A stretch of DNA of 37,829 nucleotides from a virus (Duplodnaviria > Caudoviricetes), in IMG/VR virus record IMGVR_UViG_3300028145_000046, positions 1 through 37,829 of that record; one strand, 5' to 3'. Under the pieces are notes generated by a model. The model saw only the letters and a list, made by a program, of their open reading frames with translations, made no database searches and was not told the DNA's origin. The position numbers and the translations under genes are program-made. The number at the start of each line of letters is the position of its first letter. The stretch's first letter is position 1. Shown here one piece after another: positions 7,454 to 15,681 of the stretch.

Positions 7454-7572
7454 GTCTACCTCACTTTCAAACCCCCGCGTTCGCCCTAGCGATGGCGGGA
7501 GCAGCCCCGATCTGCAAGCAGAGTAACGGGGACAAACCGCGCCCGACGCTTTCCAGCGGGGGCGGGTCGCAC

Positions 7573-7767
7573 TTACTTCTTCGCCAAGCTCTCCAGCGTC
7601 AACTGAGACTTCGCCCGGATCTCCGCCACGGTGATATCCGCCCGTACAGCCGCCGCGGAACGCAAGAGGGTCATAAGCCGCCCTTTCTCTGCCTTCGTCA
7701 AGTCCTCGCCCAAGTCCTCAGTCGCCGCCTTCTCGACAGCTTCCAACGCCTGCACAGTCAGAGTCAT
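7573..7767 (-). CDS. Small helical hypothetical protein
   Basis: Plausible composition; operon position. Confidence 0.6.
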   Translation of the reverse strand: MTLTVQALEAVEKAATEDLGEDLTKAEKGRLMTLLRSAAAVRADITVAEIRAKSQLTLESLAKK

Positions 7768-7806
7768 CGCCGCTCACTTTCTGGGCCGTGGCCCGGTTGA
7801 ATCAAA

Positions 7807-7877
7807 TGCTCCTAGGGGGAATCGAACCCCCCCAACGCCGGTCCTTGCTTCCCGTGTCGCCCTGCCAGGGCCGGAGC
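7807..7877 (-). ncRNA. tRNA-like element (acceptor stem plus canonical T arm; no recognisable D or anticodon arm)
   Basis: GCUCCGG...GGGGG-UUCGAUU-CCCCC-UAGGAGC-A, 71 nt. Confidence 0.5.
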
Positions 7878-7922
7878 TAATCCGGCGCGGGGCCGTCAAG
7901 CACCCGCGCCGTGGTAAGGGGG

Positions 7923-8306
7923 TCAATCGGGGTTGTAGTCGGGGCGGCCTTGGCCCCCGGCGACCAAAGGTGCCGCCGCGATGTCGTTCAGGAGCCGGGC
8001 GTCGGCCTGCGGGTTCGTGCCCGCGAGGATGGGGTTGCCGGGACTGGTCACACACTCTGCCGCCGCGCTTGCGTCCTGGATCGGCCCCAGCCGTTGAATG
8101 ACCGAAGCCACTAGCCCCGCCAAGTTTGGGCCACTCATGTTCAGGCTCACGCCGTCGCCGTAGACCGCGACGGTAAACTCGTTCTTGCGGAGTTCCTTCT
8201 TGGGCGGGTAGTAGGCGGAAGGCCGCTTGATTTCTGCCTTCACATTGATCGAGGTCTTGTCGGGTAATGCCGCCTCAAGCCTGTCCATCGCTTCGCTCAG
8301 GTTCAT
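7923..8306 (-). CDS. Hypothetical protein
   Basis: AAAGGAG RBS before the ATG at 8306. Confidence 0.75.
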   Translation of the reverse strand: MNLSEAMDRLEAALPDKTSINVKAEIKRPSAYYPPKKELRKNEFTVAVYGDGVSLNMSGPNLAGLVASVIQRLGPIQDASAAAECVTSPGNPILAGTNPQADARLLNDIAAAPLVAGGQGRPDYNPD

Positions 8307-8454
8307 TCGCAGTCTCCTTTGGTTCCTCAAGGTCCCACTTCGTAATCCGCGTCACGGGGTTGTACACCGGCACCCACACCCGCTCGTCGTTCAGCGGGGC
8401 GGGGTCGAAGTTGCTCTTTGGCTCGCACGGGGGATTAGGGTCGAGTTCCTTCAC
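8275..8454 (-). CDS. Probable leaderless first gene of the leftward arm (MKELDPNPPCEPKSNF...)
   Basis: GTG lies 7 nt after the -10 box TACTCT; 3' end carries the RBS of the next gene. Confidence 0.45.
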   Translation of the reverse strand: MKELDPNPPCEPKSNFDPAPLNDERVWVPVYNPVTRITKWDLEEPKETANEPERSDGQA

Positions 8455-8461
8455 GGCGTAC

Positions 8462-8540
8462 AGAGTATCGGCATGATCGCCGGGGTCAATGAACAATCCG
8501 AAAGATTCGCATTGTTTTTTTCTTTGGGGCTGGCTAGGAT
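8462..8540. promoter_or_regulatory. Back-to-back promoters: leftward TTGACC-N16-TACTCT (8489-8462) and rightward TTGTTT-N17-TAGGAT (8512-8540), with an imperfect palindrome at 8488-8513
   Basis: AT-rich stretch at the strand switch; hexamers read directly. Confidence 0.65.
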
Positions 8541-8546
8541 GGTCCC

Positions 8547-8726
8547 ATGATTGCCACCCCAGACCTCGCCAAGCGTCTCAATATCAGCCCCCAGAGAGTT
8601 CGTGCCAGGGCCAAGCGGCTCGAACTGGAGCCACGGGAGCGGTACGGCGTTCACTTCTGGAATGAGTTTCAGGCGGCGAAGATCGCCAAGAAGCCGGAGC
8701 GTGGCCGTCCGAGGAAGGGCAAGTGA
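8547..8726 (+). CDS. 59-aa HTH (Xis/Cro-like) regulator with C-terminal AT-hook: MIATPDLAKRLNISPQRVRARAKRLELEPRERYGVHFWNEFQAAKIAKKPERGRPRKGK
   Basis: LAKRLNISPQRVR HTH, RGRPRK AT-hook; below the ORF-track length cutoff; ATG 6 nt after TAGGAT. Confidence 0.8.
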   Translation: MIATPDLAKRLNISPQRVRARAKRLELEPRERYGVHFWNEFQAAKIAKKPERGRPRKGK

Positions 8727-8797
8727 AGGCACGGCGGCGCAACGTCGGGCCGTGCGTGGATGGAGTGGGAGGAGAGGCGAAGAAAGGAACCAAAACG

Positions 8798-9073
8798 ATG
8801 ATGCGGTTGAAAACAGCCCCAAGGGGCAAGCCGGTACTTCGGATTGAGCACAACAAAACGTACCTGCAAGACGGGCCAGAACAGCACCGACACAGGACTG
8901 ATTACGAGTCGATCCTGTTCATCCGCCACGTCTACGAGGGAAAGGGCGGAGACGATGCTTTCGTAGCTGGAGTTGTGTTCTTTGACGGGAACACCCGGGA
9001 CGAGGCCGACCAGAAAATGATGGACTGGATCGACTCCCACGGCGCGGTTGAGGCGGACTTCGAGGCCAAGTAA
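8798..9073 (+). CDS. Hypothetical protein
   Basis: AAAGGA RBS. Confidence 0.7.
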   Translation: MMRLKTAPRGKPVLRIEHNKTYLQDGPEQHRHRTDYESILFIRHVYEGKGGDDAFVAGVVFFDGNTRDEADQKMMDWIDSHGAVEADFEAK

Positions 9074-9102
9074 CCAGAGGCGGCGGAAGTAAGGAGAGGC
9101 GG

Positions 9103-9504
9103 ATGGAAGTTCCAATCAGTCCATTACAGGCGATGGTCAACGGCATGAGCGCGGAGTGGCAGAAAGGACGAGCCAAGACACAGATGACGCTCGGAGGATT
9201 GATCGCAGACCTTGAGAAGCTGCCGCAGGACGCCCGTGTCACGGGGCTGGGGGACATGGCGAGCTACCGCGGGTACTACAGCGACCTCGCCATTGATCCG
9301 TCCGGGGACCGCACCGTGGCCGATCTGCTGGCAGAGGCAAAGTCCTGCATGGGCAAGGTCTTTGAAGGCTACAAGGGCGGCGACTTCACGATGGGCGAGA
9401 ATACGCCCCTGTTCGTTGCCGAGTGGGGAGATTGCGGCGACAGGTTGATGGGCCTGAACACGGGTGCAAGCCCGATTGTTCCCGTGACGGCCAAGGAAGA
9501 GTAA
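9103..9504 (+). CDS. Conserved-looking phage hypothetical protein (SYRGYYSDLA...FEGYKGGDF)
   Basis: AAGGAG RBS; motif recalled from phage hypothetical proteins. Confidence 0.75.
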   Translation: MEVPISPLQAMVNGMSAEWQKGRAKTQMTLGGLIADLEKLPQDARVTGLGDMASYRGYYSDLAIDPSGDRTVADLLAEAKSCMGKVFEGYKGGDFTMGENTPLFVAEWGDCGDRLMGLNTGASPIVPVTAKEE

Positions 9505-9523
9505 CCCCGTCAAAGGAGGCGAT

Positions 9524-9727
9524 ATGGCGAAGGTGAAGAAGGTGGGAACAAAGCCGGTATGGAATGAAGAAATAGAGGGGAAGTTAGCGGCGCGGCTTCT
9601 CATGCGGGCGAGGGACCAGCGTGCCTTTGTCGTCGCATTCTTGAAAGAGTGCGACCCGATCACGCTGGCCCACTTTGTCGCCGAGTGCGATGCCCCCAAG
9701 CCCCCGGCGAAACGGAGGCGGCGATGA
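9524..9727 (+). CDS. Hypothetical protein
   Basis: AAAGGAGG RBS. Confidence 0.7.
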   Translation: MAKVKKVGTKPVWNEEIEGKLAARLLMRARDQRAFVVAFLKECDPITLAHFVAECDAPKPPAKRRRR

Positions 9728-9951
9728 GCAAGAAGAGGGTGGCGAAGCCGGTGAGGGCGTGGGCGACGTGCCACTGTGACGCGGGGGAGCTCGACAACAG
9801 GGCATTCCCAACCAAGCGCGATGTGCCCGAGTGTTCGATAGGGGGCAAATGCTGCAAAGCCATCCCCGTCCTCATCGTCGATCCGCGCTTCTACATCGTG
9901 CGTCCCAAGCCCCAGGCAAAGCGCCGCAGGAAGGGTAAGGTGGGGAAGTGA
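9724..9951 (+). CDS. Basic Cys-containing hypothetical protein
   Basis: GGAGG RBS, ATGA overlap. Confidence 0.65.
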   Translation: MSKKRVAKPVRAWATCHCDAGELDNRAFPTKRDVPECSIGGKCCKAIPVLIVDPRFYIVRPKPQAKRRRKGKVGK

Positions 9952-10178
9952 CACTCGACCAAGCCGCCCAAATACTCGCACGCCGCCAGAAGCACAACAA
10001 CGGCCTGCGGACCCTGCGCGAGTGCGGTGAACTTGCAGGGATCGACTACGACACGGCATCGATGGCACAGATCATCGTGGATCGCGCCCGAATGAAGTTA
10101 ACCGCGATATCCGACCAGTTCAGCGCAGCCGCCCGTGACGCCGCGAAGGACGAAGATGAAGGAGCCTCCCATGACTGA
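9948..10178 (+). CDS. Hypothetical protein (possible HTH-like)
   Basis: GTGA overlap; TLRECGELAGID. Confidence 0.6.
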   Translation: MTLDQAAQILARRQKHNNGLRTLRECGELAGIDYDTASMAQIIVDRARMKLTAISDQFSAAARDAAKDEDEGASHD

Positions 10179-10572
10179 CCCCACGACGCTGGCGAGCTTG
10201 AAGTGGACCGGGAGCATGGCATCGCCCGGACCTTGGGACATGGATTTTGACAACCGCGAGGGAGGCGCGGACCAGATTGTTGAGCAACGCAGCGGTCAAT
10301 CCTTGACCATCGCTTTCGGAACCAGCAACGGAAACGAGCACGATCTGCCGCTGTTGGTTGGCCTGCGCAACAACGCCAGTTCCCTCCTCCAAACCGCCCT
10401 CGCCTACAACGCGATGGCGGAGAGGTGCGAGAAACTACAGGAACTTGTCGCCGCCCAGAAATCATGGATCGAATGGATCAATCGAATCGAAACGCCGGGC
10501 GGCAAACGCCAAGTCGCGTGGGATCGCCTACAAGCAGCCACCGCCGCCCTCACCAACAAGGAGCCCGCGTGA
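10171..10572 (+). CDS. Hypothetical phage protein (SPGPW motif, Ead/Ea22-like style)
   Basis: AAGGAG RBS; ASPGPW motif typical of phage accessory proteins. Confidence 0.65.
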   Translation: MTDPTTLASLKWTGSMASPGPWDMDFDNREGGADQIVEQRSGQSLTIAFGTSNGNEHDLPLLVGLRNNASSLLQTALAYNAMAERCEKLQELVAAQKSWIEWINRIETPGGKRQVAWDRLQAATAALTNKEPA

Positions 10573-11003
10573 TGGACAGAGATGTGGTGGAGAGGGCAAC
10601 CGAAGCAGCCGAAGAACTCCGCTGCTACGACGTGTGCCAATCGGCTGAGTGCGGCAAGGACAGAACCGCAGCGGCCGACGTTCTAGACGAGGCCATCGCC
10701 GCGATCCGAGAGTTGAGGGAGCAGGAAAAGGGAGCTGTGGCACGGGCCGAGGTGCTGTTTTTGAGTGGCGCAGACTTTCAATCCGAGATTGTGAAACTTC
10801 GTCAGCAGCGTGACACCGCCCACGCCGCCGTGGGGGTGCTGCGTGCGGAATGTATGGCATGGAGGAATCATCCAACCATCGCGGAGCCTCCAAAGACAGA
10901 GGCAGAAGGCCGAGATTTGCTGGTGAGGGTTCGGGCCTGTGCAGTCGCCCGCGCCGCCACCGACTCCCTGCAAGCCCTGACCGCGCCGGAGGTCAAGCGA
11001 TGA
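10572..11003 (+). CDS. Coiled-coil hypothetical protein
   Basis: AAGGAG RBS; coupled to neighbours. Confidence 0.65.
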   Translation: MDRDVVERATEAAEELRCYDVCQSAECGKDRTAAADVLDEAIAAIRELREQEKGAVARAEVLFLSGADFQSEIVKLRQQRDTAHAAVGVLRAECMAWRNHPTIAEPPKTEAEGRDLLVRVRACAVARAATDSLQALTAPEVKR

Positions 11004-11320
11004 GTAAGACCATCGTGGATATGGCGAAGGCGACGCAGGTCCTCGACTCAGGATGGACCTTCCGACTCTACAGGGGCGGGATGGGCTCCTACATCGTGAT
11101 AGCCGAGGGCAACGAGAAGCAGATGGAGCGGATGGTCCAGCATCAGGCGAAGTTTGACATAGACAACCCCGACCTCGCTGGCGTTCCTCTGTTCATGGAC
11201 GAGGACGGTGAGTGCGTGACAGATGACTTCACGCCCGAGCAGGCGTTGACCCGCGCGGCGTACAAGGTCCACGGAGAGATTCTAGGAAGCGACGAATCGC
11301 CGGAGGTGCCGCATGGCTGA
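11000..11320 (+). CDS. Hypothetical protein
   Basis: GGAGG RBS, ATGA overlap. Confidence 0.7.
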   Translation: MSKTIVDMAKATQVLDSGWTFRLYRGGMGSYIVIAEGNEKQMERMVQHQAKFDIDNPDLAGVPLFMDEDGECVTDDFTPEQALTRAAYKVHGEILGSDESPEVPHG

Positions 11321-12050
11321 GCCGTTGACGAGGTACGACCAAGTAGAGTCGGGAGACAACATGGGCGGAATGCAGATCCGTCCCGATGGTCGTTGGGTCC
11401 GCTACTCCGAAGCCCAGGCCACCATCGCCGCGCTGGAGGCGAGGCTTGCGGTGCTTGAGAGCGGCCTATCAACCATCGACAGCCTTGCCCAGTTTCAGAG
11501 CAGCGTGTTCGGGATATGGTGTTCCGAGACTGCACGCGCGACATTGAGGGGAGAGCCAACATGCGAAGCTGGTGGGCAAGGTGCGTCTGGGTCTTCTGTT
11601 GGCCCTGCAACTGCGAAGGGTGCCGATCAATCAAGTCCATCCTCTACTGGTGGGCATTCGGATTCACAGTCCTCGGCCTCTGGCTCTGGAACCACTGGCC
11701 GTACTGAACCGCCTGCGGTCGATAGCCGCGACGAGGCCCTGCGGCCTGCCCTCCCTCCCCCAACAACGAGAGGAGTGACAATGGCGATTGATGATGGTGG
11801 ACCAGTTCAGTTCGGGAAGGTCGTTCGCGTACACGTTCTGGCGATGTTCAAGTGTGAGCGATGCGGCGATGAGTGTTTGAGACTGACCAGCGCCCCGATT
11901 GCTGGCAGTAGGATTGCAGAGACAGCACCAGCCCCGCCGGGTGAGATAGTCTGTAACGAATGCACGAAAAAGGACCGGGCGAAAGAGCGCAAGAGGGCAG
12001 AGGTTGCCCGCCAACAACGTGCGTGGCAGAGAAAGAAGGCCAAGCCATGA
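11313..12050 (+). CDS. Composite ORF: N-terminal phage domain (DGRWVRYSEA), Ser/Gly linker overlapping a nested gene, and a C-terminal Zn-binding part probably restarted at 11781
   Basis: GGAGG RBS at the start; GAGGAG RBS before ATG 11781; CERC...CNEC. Confidence 0.6.
   Translation: MAEPLTRYDQVESGDNMGGMQIRPDGRWVRYSEAQATIAALEARLAVLESGLSTIDSLAQFQSSVFGIWCSETARATLRGEPTCEAGGQGASGSSVGPATAKGADQSSPSSTGGHSDSQSSASGSGTTGRTEPPAVDSRDEALRPALPPPTTRGVTMAIDDGGPVQFGKVVRVHVLAMFKCERCGDECLRLTSAPIAGSRIAETAPAPPGEIVCNECTKKDRAKERKRAEVARQQRAWQRKKAKP
11561..11707 (+). CDS. Nested 48-aa Trp/Cys-rich membrane peptide
   Basis: GAGGGGAG RBS; MRSWWARCVWVFCWPCNCEGCRSIKSILYWWAFGFTVLGLWLWNHWPY with C-terminal hydrophobic helix. 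Confidence 0.55.
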   Translation: MRSWWARCVWVFCWPCNCEGCRSIKSILYWWAFGFTVLGLWLWNHWPY

Positions 12051-12099
12051 CCAGCACCCACGCCCAGACTGATGGCGCGAAGCTAAAGGAGAAAACATA

Positions 12100-12432
12100 A
12101 TGAGACAGTTCAAGTTCAATCTCGGGGATGTTGTACGCCACAAGGGATGCGAATCTATCTCGCTAAGAGAAGACAGTTTCATAATCGGGAGGATCGTCGA
12201 ATGCAGGTACTTCATCATCGGTCGAATTCTCAACGAATGCGCCGACACGCCAGACGGTGAGATTGAATATCGGGCACGTCTCGTCACAAGTGAGGGCGGG
12301 GTTGACAATCGCATCGTTCACCTGTTTGAGCAAGAGCTAGAACTGTCCGAGCCGTTCAAGGCGAATCGCAATGAAAGTCCTTGGCGAGTGGACAAGAAGA
12401 AGCAGTCCGAGGGCACGAAGGTGGGAACATGA
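12100..12432 (+). CDS. SH3-like (FKFNLGDVV) hypothetical protein
   Basis: AAGGAG RBS; F.LGD.V start and LFEQELE end typical of small phage SH3-fold proteins. Confidence 0.65.
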   Translation: MRQFKFNLGDVVRHKGCESISLREDSFIIGRIVECRYFIIGRILNECADTPDGEIEYRARLVTSEGGVDNRIVHLFEQELELSEPFKANRNESPWRVDKKKQSEGTKVGT

Positions 12433-13127
12433 CTACCACCCACGCCTGTTGGACCCCTGCCACCGGCGACTCAACCGCCGATTCCAAGATCGTCGTGACC
12501 AGCCCGTTCCCTCGCCTCTGGGAACTCAAGCAGCATTACTTTCCGCAGTTCGAGGCGATCCGATCTGCCACAGGCGCACCTTGGACCGGAGGCGATTACA
12601 CCGCCCACATGATCTCGATTCCCCAAGTGCTCACCGTGCACATGCAGCCAGGGTGCGACTGCGGGATGCTCGACATTGAGGACCCCCGACTCCCACTGGA
12701 CGACAGCCCCGCGTGCAAACTGTGGGCGGGCGGCACCCTCGACGAACTCCGCCACTTCACCGGGATCCCCTGGACCCTCGCCAACTCCAAGGCCGTGCTG
12801 TCCAAGCAGGACTTCCTCAACCCGTCGCTCCAATCCCAGACCATCAACACGGCCCGCACCGGCGAGTGGCATTCAGGCGATACCGAGATGAGTCCGGCGC
12901 AGTGGCTCAAGATGTGCGAACAGTGGCTGCTGCAAATGAAGGCCACGGGCAAGCCGATCCGCAGCATGATTTATCCACAGTGGGAGTCCGGCGAGTTCTG
13001 CCCCTCGTGGTTCTTGGATACCCAGCTTGTGCTCGGGCGGGCGTTCGGGTCGGTCTGCTTTTGGTGCAACCCCAGGACACAGGCAGAGGCGGACCTGTTC
13101 AGCAAGGCGATGGCGGGGATGGTATGA
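12429..13127 (+). CDS. Putative TIM-barrel glycoside hydrolase with DxE motif (GH56/GH25/GH18-like)
   Basis: GMLDIED, DFLNPSL, GKPIRSMIYP, VCFW in the order seen in hyaluronidase-like barrels; recognised by eye only. Confidence 0.4.
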   Translation: MTTTHACWTPATGDSTADSKIVVTSPFPRLWELKQHYFPQFEAIRSATGAPWTGGDYTAHMISIPQVLTVHMQPGCDCGMLDIEDPRLPLDDSPACKLWAGGTLDELRHFTGIPWTLANSKAVLSKQDFLNPSLQSQTINTARTGEWHSGDTEMSPAQWLKMCEQWLLQMKATGKPIRSMIYPQWESGEFCPSWFLDTQLVLGRAFGSVCFWCNPRTQAEADLFSKAMAGMV

Positions 13128-13276
13128 ACGCGAGAGAACTTCACGATCTGTACGCGCCACTGTGGGCGAAGGTGCCGGAGACGCGGCCGCAATTGTACTG
13201 CGACAAAGAACTTACCCTGACGGGTTCCACCATCCACCACGCCCCGATCGCGGCTGCGATGGCGGTTGCGGGCTGA
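13124..13276 (+). CDS. Small hypothetical protein (possibly truncated)
   Basis: ATGA overlap; ends inside the promoter of the next gene. Confidence 0.5.
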   Translation: MNARELHDLYAPLWAKVPETRPQLYCDKELTLTGSTIHHAPIAAAMAVAG

Positions 13277-13288
13277 TACACTTGGTCC

Positions 13289-15211
13289 ATGCCAACCTAC
13301 GGTGCCCCAGTTGACGAGGATGGGAACGAAGTCGATATTTCGGAAGCCACCGGAAACGGTTACTACGTTGACGGAGTTCTAGGGAGCGATGGGGGTGGAG
13401 GACTTGGAACGCAGGCCGCGCCGTGGGCCACCATCGCCCACATGCTGGCAGTAGCGGGGTTGGCATCCGGCGACTTCGTGAACCTCGCGGGCACGTTCCG
13501 TGAGTCCAACACCATCGCCACCATGTCGGGTGTGACGTGGCGGCAATGGGTAAGCAAGACCCAGGCGACGATCCGCGGCGATGTGGTGGTGGCCCTCTCG
13601 GGTTGGACCCTCGACACGGGCGCCTACTACAAGGCGGTCGGTGACGGACTCAATATCAAGAGCGTGGCCATCGACTGGGACACCAGCGTTGACTCTTCCG
13701 GCAGGCACTACGGGCACTTGGCCGCGGCCGCGGATCGGGCCACCTGTCAGGCCACCGATAACACCTACTTTTACGACACCAGCACCACGCCCGACAGGCT
13801 CTACGTCCGCATCGGGGCCAATATCAACCCGAGCGGAGTCGTCAGCATCGGTTACTGCGTCGGGGGCGTCAATGGCCTCCAGGTCAACGCCTGCACCAAC
13901 TGCGTTTTCAGCGGCGTCAACTTCGCCCTATGGTGCGATTCGTCGCCCGGACTCGGGTACGCCATCTTCGCGGTGGGCAACGGGAACACGATCACCGGCT
14001 GCCGAACCGACGACACCGGATTCCATGCCCTCGGATTTGTCAACGGCGCGACGACCTCGAACAACCTCATCACGAACTGCATCGCCTCTGGCCTGGGGGA
14101 TGGAGACGCCGGCGGCAACGGCACCAATGCCTTTGTGTTCCACGCAACCACGGCGGCCAATCTGACGAACACGAATAACGTCGCCATCGGTTGCACGATC
14201 TACAGGCACACCAAGCTCGGGCGTAGCGGCAGCCAGGTAGCCGCCGCACCGACAGGCGTGTGCGGCTGCCTTTCCCACTGCTCCGGTGGCGGAACGCTCA
14301 GTGGCATCCGGTGGGAAAACATCACGGTCATTTCTCTCGGCGATCTAACCTCGTCGTCGGACGCCAGTGTTCACACGATGTCTGAGCTGGGGTACATCTT
14401 CTCGGCGGACAACGTTGGCGCCGTGTCCGATGTCAGGGACGCAAGCACCTACCCGGTCATCGTGAAGAACTGCACATTCACGAACGTGCGCAGGCAAACG
14501 CTCCTGGCTGGGATCGCCTTCGTCGGCTGCACCATCGACATCCGCGAGTACGACCTCAATATGTCGTTCCACCAGAACGACGCGACGGTGGACAAGAACG
14601 GGTTCTTCGGCTGCGCCATTACCTTCTACACGACCAACAACTCAGACATTTTCTACATGAACAACGCCAGCCACGTCCTGACGCTGGAGAGTTGCTCCAT
14701 CGCCGTCCTCGATAGCGGAGTCACCAACAAGGATCACGTTCTCTTCCGCAACTACAGCAGCACGCCGACGTGGCACATCCACGGCTGCGCGATTGGCTTC
14801 GTCCGTGCAACTGGCGGCAACCCGCGGTACTTCAGTTACAGCACCAGCTTTGTCAATGCGGTGGTGTGGGACGTGGGCGGAAACGCCTACTTCGGCATAG
14901 ACGATAGTACGTGGTGGAACGACACCCGCGCTCACTGGATGAACGGAACCGTCACTCAGGTCAACGGCGGCCTCGGGGAGACGGACCAACTCTTCGCAGC
15001 CTCGCACCCGTTTATAGATCCGACCGTGAATCTAGACCTCTCTCGCGGATCGACGATCTACGCGAGGAAACTGCCCCCGACCTTCTCTCCGAAAATCAGC
15101 TACGGCATCAATGGTGTGCCCTTCTCATTCAGATTCGGAGCGTGGCAGTACGGATGGGGTGGCATCGGTGGACTCTCAAGATCGCGGGAACGAGTCAGCA
15201 GGGGACGCTAG
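13289..15211 (+). CDS. Right-handed parallel beta-helix (pectin-lyase-like) protein; putative polysaccharide depolymerase or tailspike
   Basis: YYVDGVLGSD..G.GTQAAPWATI (DUF1565-type start), Asn/Cys ladder repeats (GNTITGC, NNLITNC, VIVKNC), GAWQY C-terminal motif. Confidence 0.75.
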   Translation: MPTYGAPVDEDGNEVDISEATGNGYYVDGVLGSDGGGGLGTQAAPWATIAHMLAVAGLASGDFVNLAGTFRESNTIATMSGVTWRQWVSKTQATIRGDVVVALSGWTLDTGAYYKAVGDGLNIKSVAIDWDTSVDSSGRHYGHLAAAADRATCQATDNTYFYDTSTTPDRLYVRIGANINPSGVVSIGYCVGGVNGLQVNACTNCVFSGVNFALWCDSSPGLGYAIFAVGNGNTITGCRTDDTGFHALGFVNGATTSNNLITNCIASGLGDGDAGGNGTNAFVFHATTAANLTNTNNVAIGCTIYRHTKLGRSGSQVAAAPTGVCGCLSHCSGGGTLSGIRWENITVISLGDLTSSSDASVHTMSELGYIFSADNVGAVSDVRDASTYPVIVKNCTFTNVRRQTLLAGIAFVGCTIDIREYDLNMSFHQNDATVDKNGFFGCAITFYTTNNSDIFYMNNASHVLTLESCSIAVLDSGVTNKDHVLFRNYSSTPTWHIHGCAIGFVRATGGNPRYFSYSTSFVNAVVWDVGGNAYFGIDDSTWWNDTRAHWMNGTVTQVNGGLGETDQLFAASHPFIDPTVNLDLSRGSTIYARKLPPTFSPKISYGINGVPFSFRFGAWQYGWGGIGGLSRSRERVSRGR

Positions 15212-15681
15212 ACCGGCCCGGCCTTGATTCTTGTCCTGCACCATTTCCAGCCCCGAATAGCCCCGATCACCCACTGACGCAGCGCCGGACTCATGCTCGC
15301 CCACGGGTCGATCCAGCGGCCCCAATTACCATGCTTCCATGACAAAATGCAACCGCAGCCCGGAACTTTCGGCTCCCGTCCTAGTCGAAACGCCAATGCC
15401 CACCGTAGGGGATCGGGCACGCCGATCCACTTGCGGCCCTTCCAATTGACTAGCCCAGAGGCTTCCGGCCAGCGTCCAAGGGGGCATTCGTTCGCTTTCA
15501 CCGTGGCCGCCCCAGGAAGCGTCCGACCATTGAGGGTACAACGGACTGTCCATCGCCCTTGCCGTTCCCCCGACGGGCAGGTAGCACACATTGCCGCCCG
15601 CGAAGCGGCTACATCGGGTCCGACCTTGCACCCACAAGAGGACTCCATCCAGTTCGTTGGCTTGGGCGGGGCAATGTTCAT
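15208..15681 (-). CDS. Cys-rich protein (CATC...CPLGRW...GCGC) ending the tail module
   Basis: ATGA overlap with the upstream gene; stop overlaps the convergent stop at 15208-15211. Confidence 0.7.
   Translation of the reverse strand: MNIAPPKPTNWMESSCGCKVGPDVAASRAAMCATCPSGERQGRWTVRCTLNGRTLPGAATVKANECPLGRWPEASGLVNWKGRKWIGVPDPLRWALAFRLGREPKVPGCGCILSWKHGNWGRWIDPWASMSPALRQWVIGAIRGWKWCRTRIKAGPV

Noticed and set aside
7807-7877. Functional canonical tRNA gene
   Set aside because: No U8/D-arm consensus, no 7-nt anticodon loop, mismatch in the acceptor stem; kept only as tRNA-like
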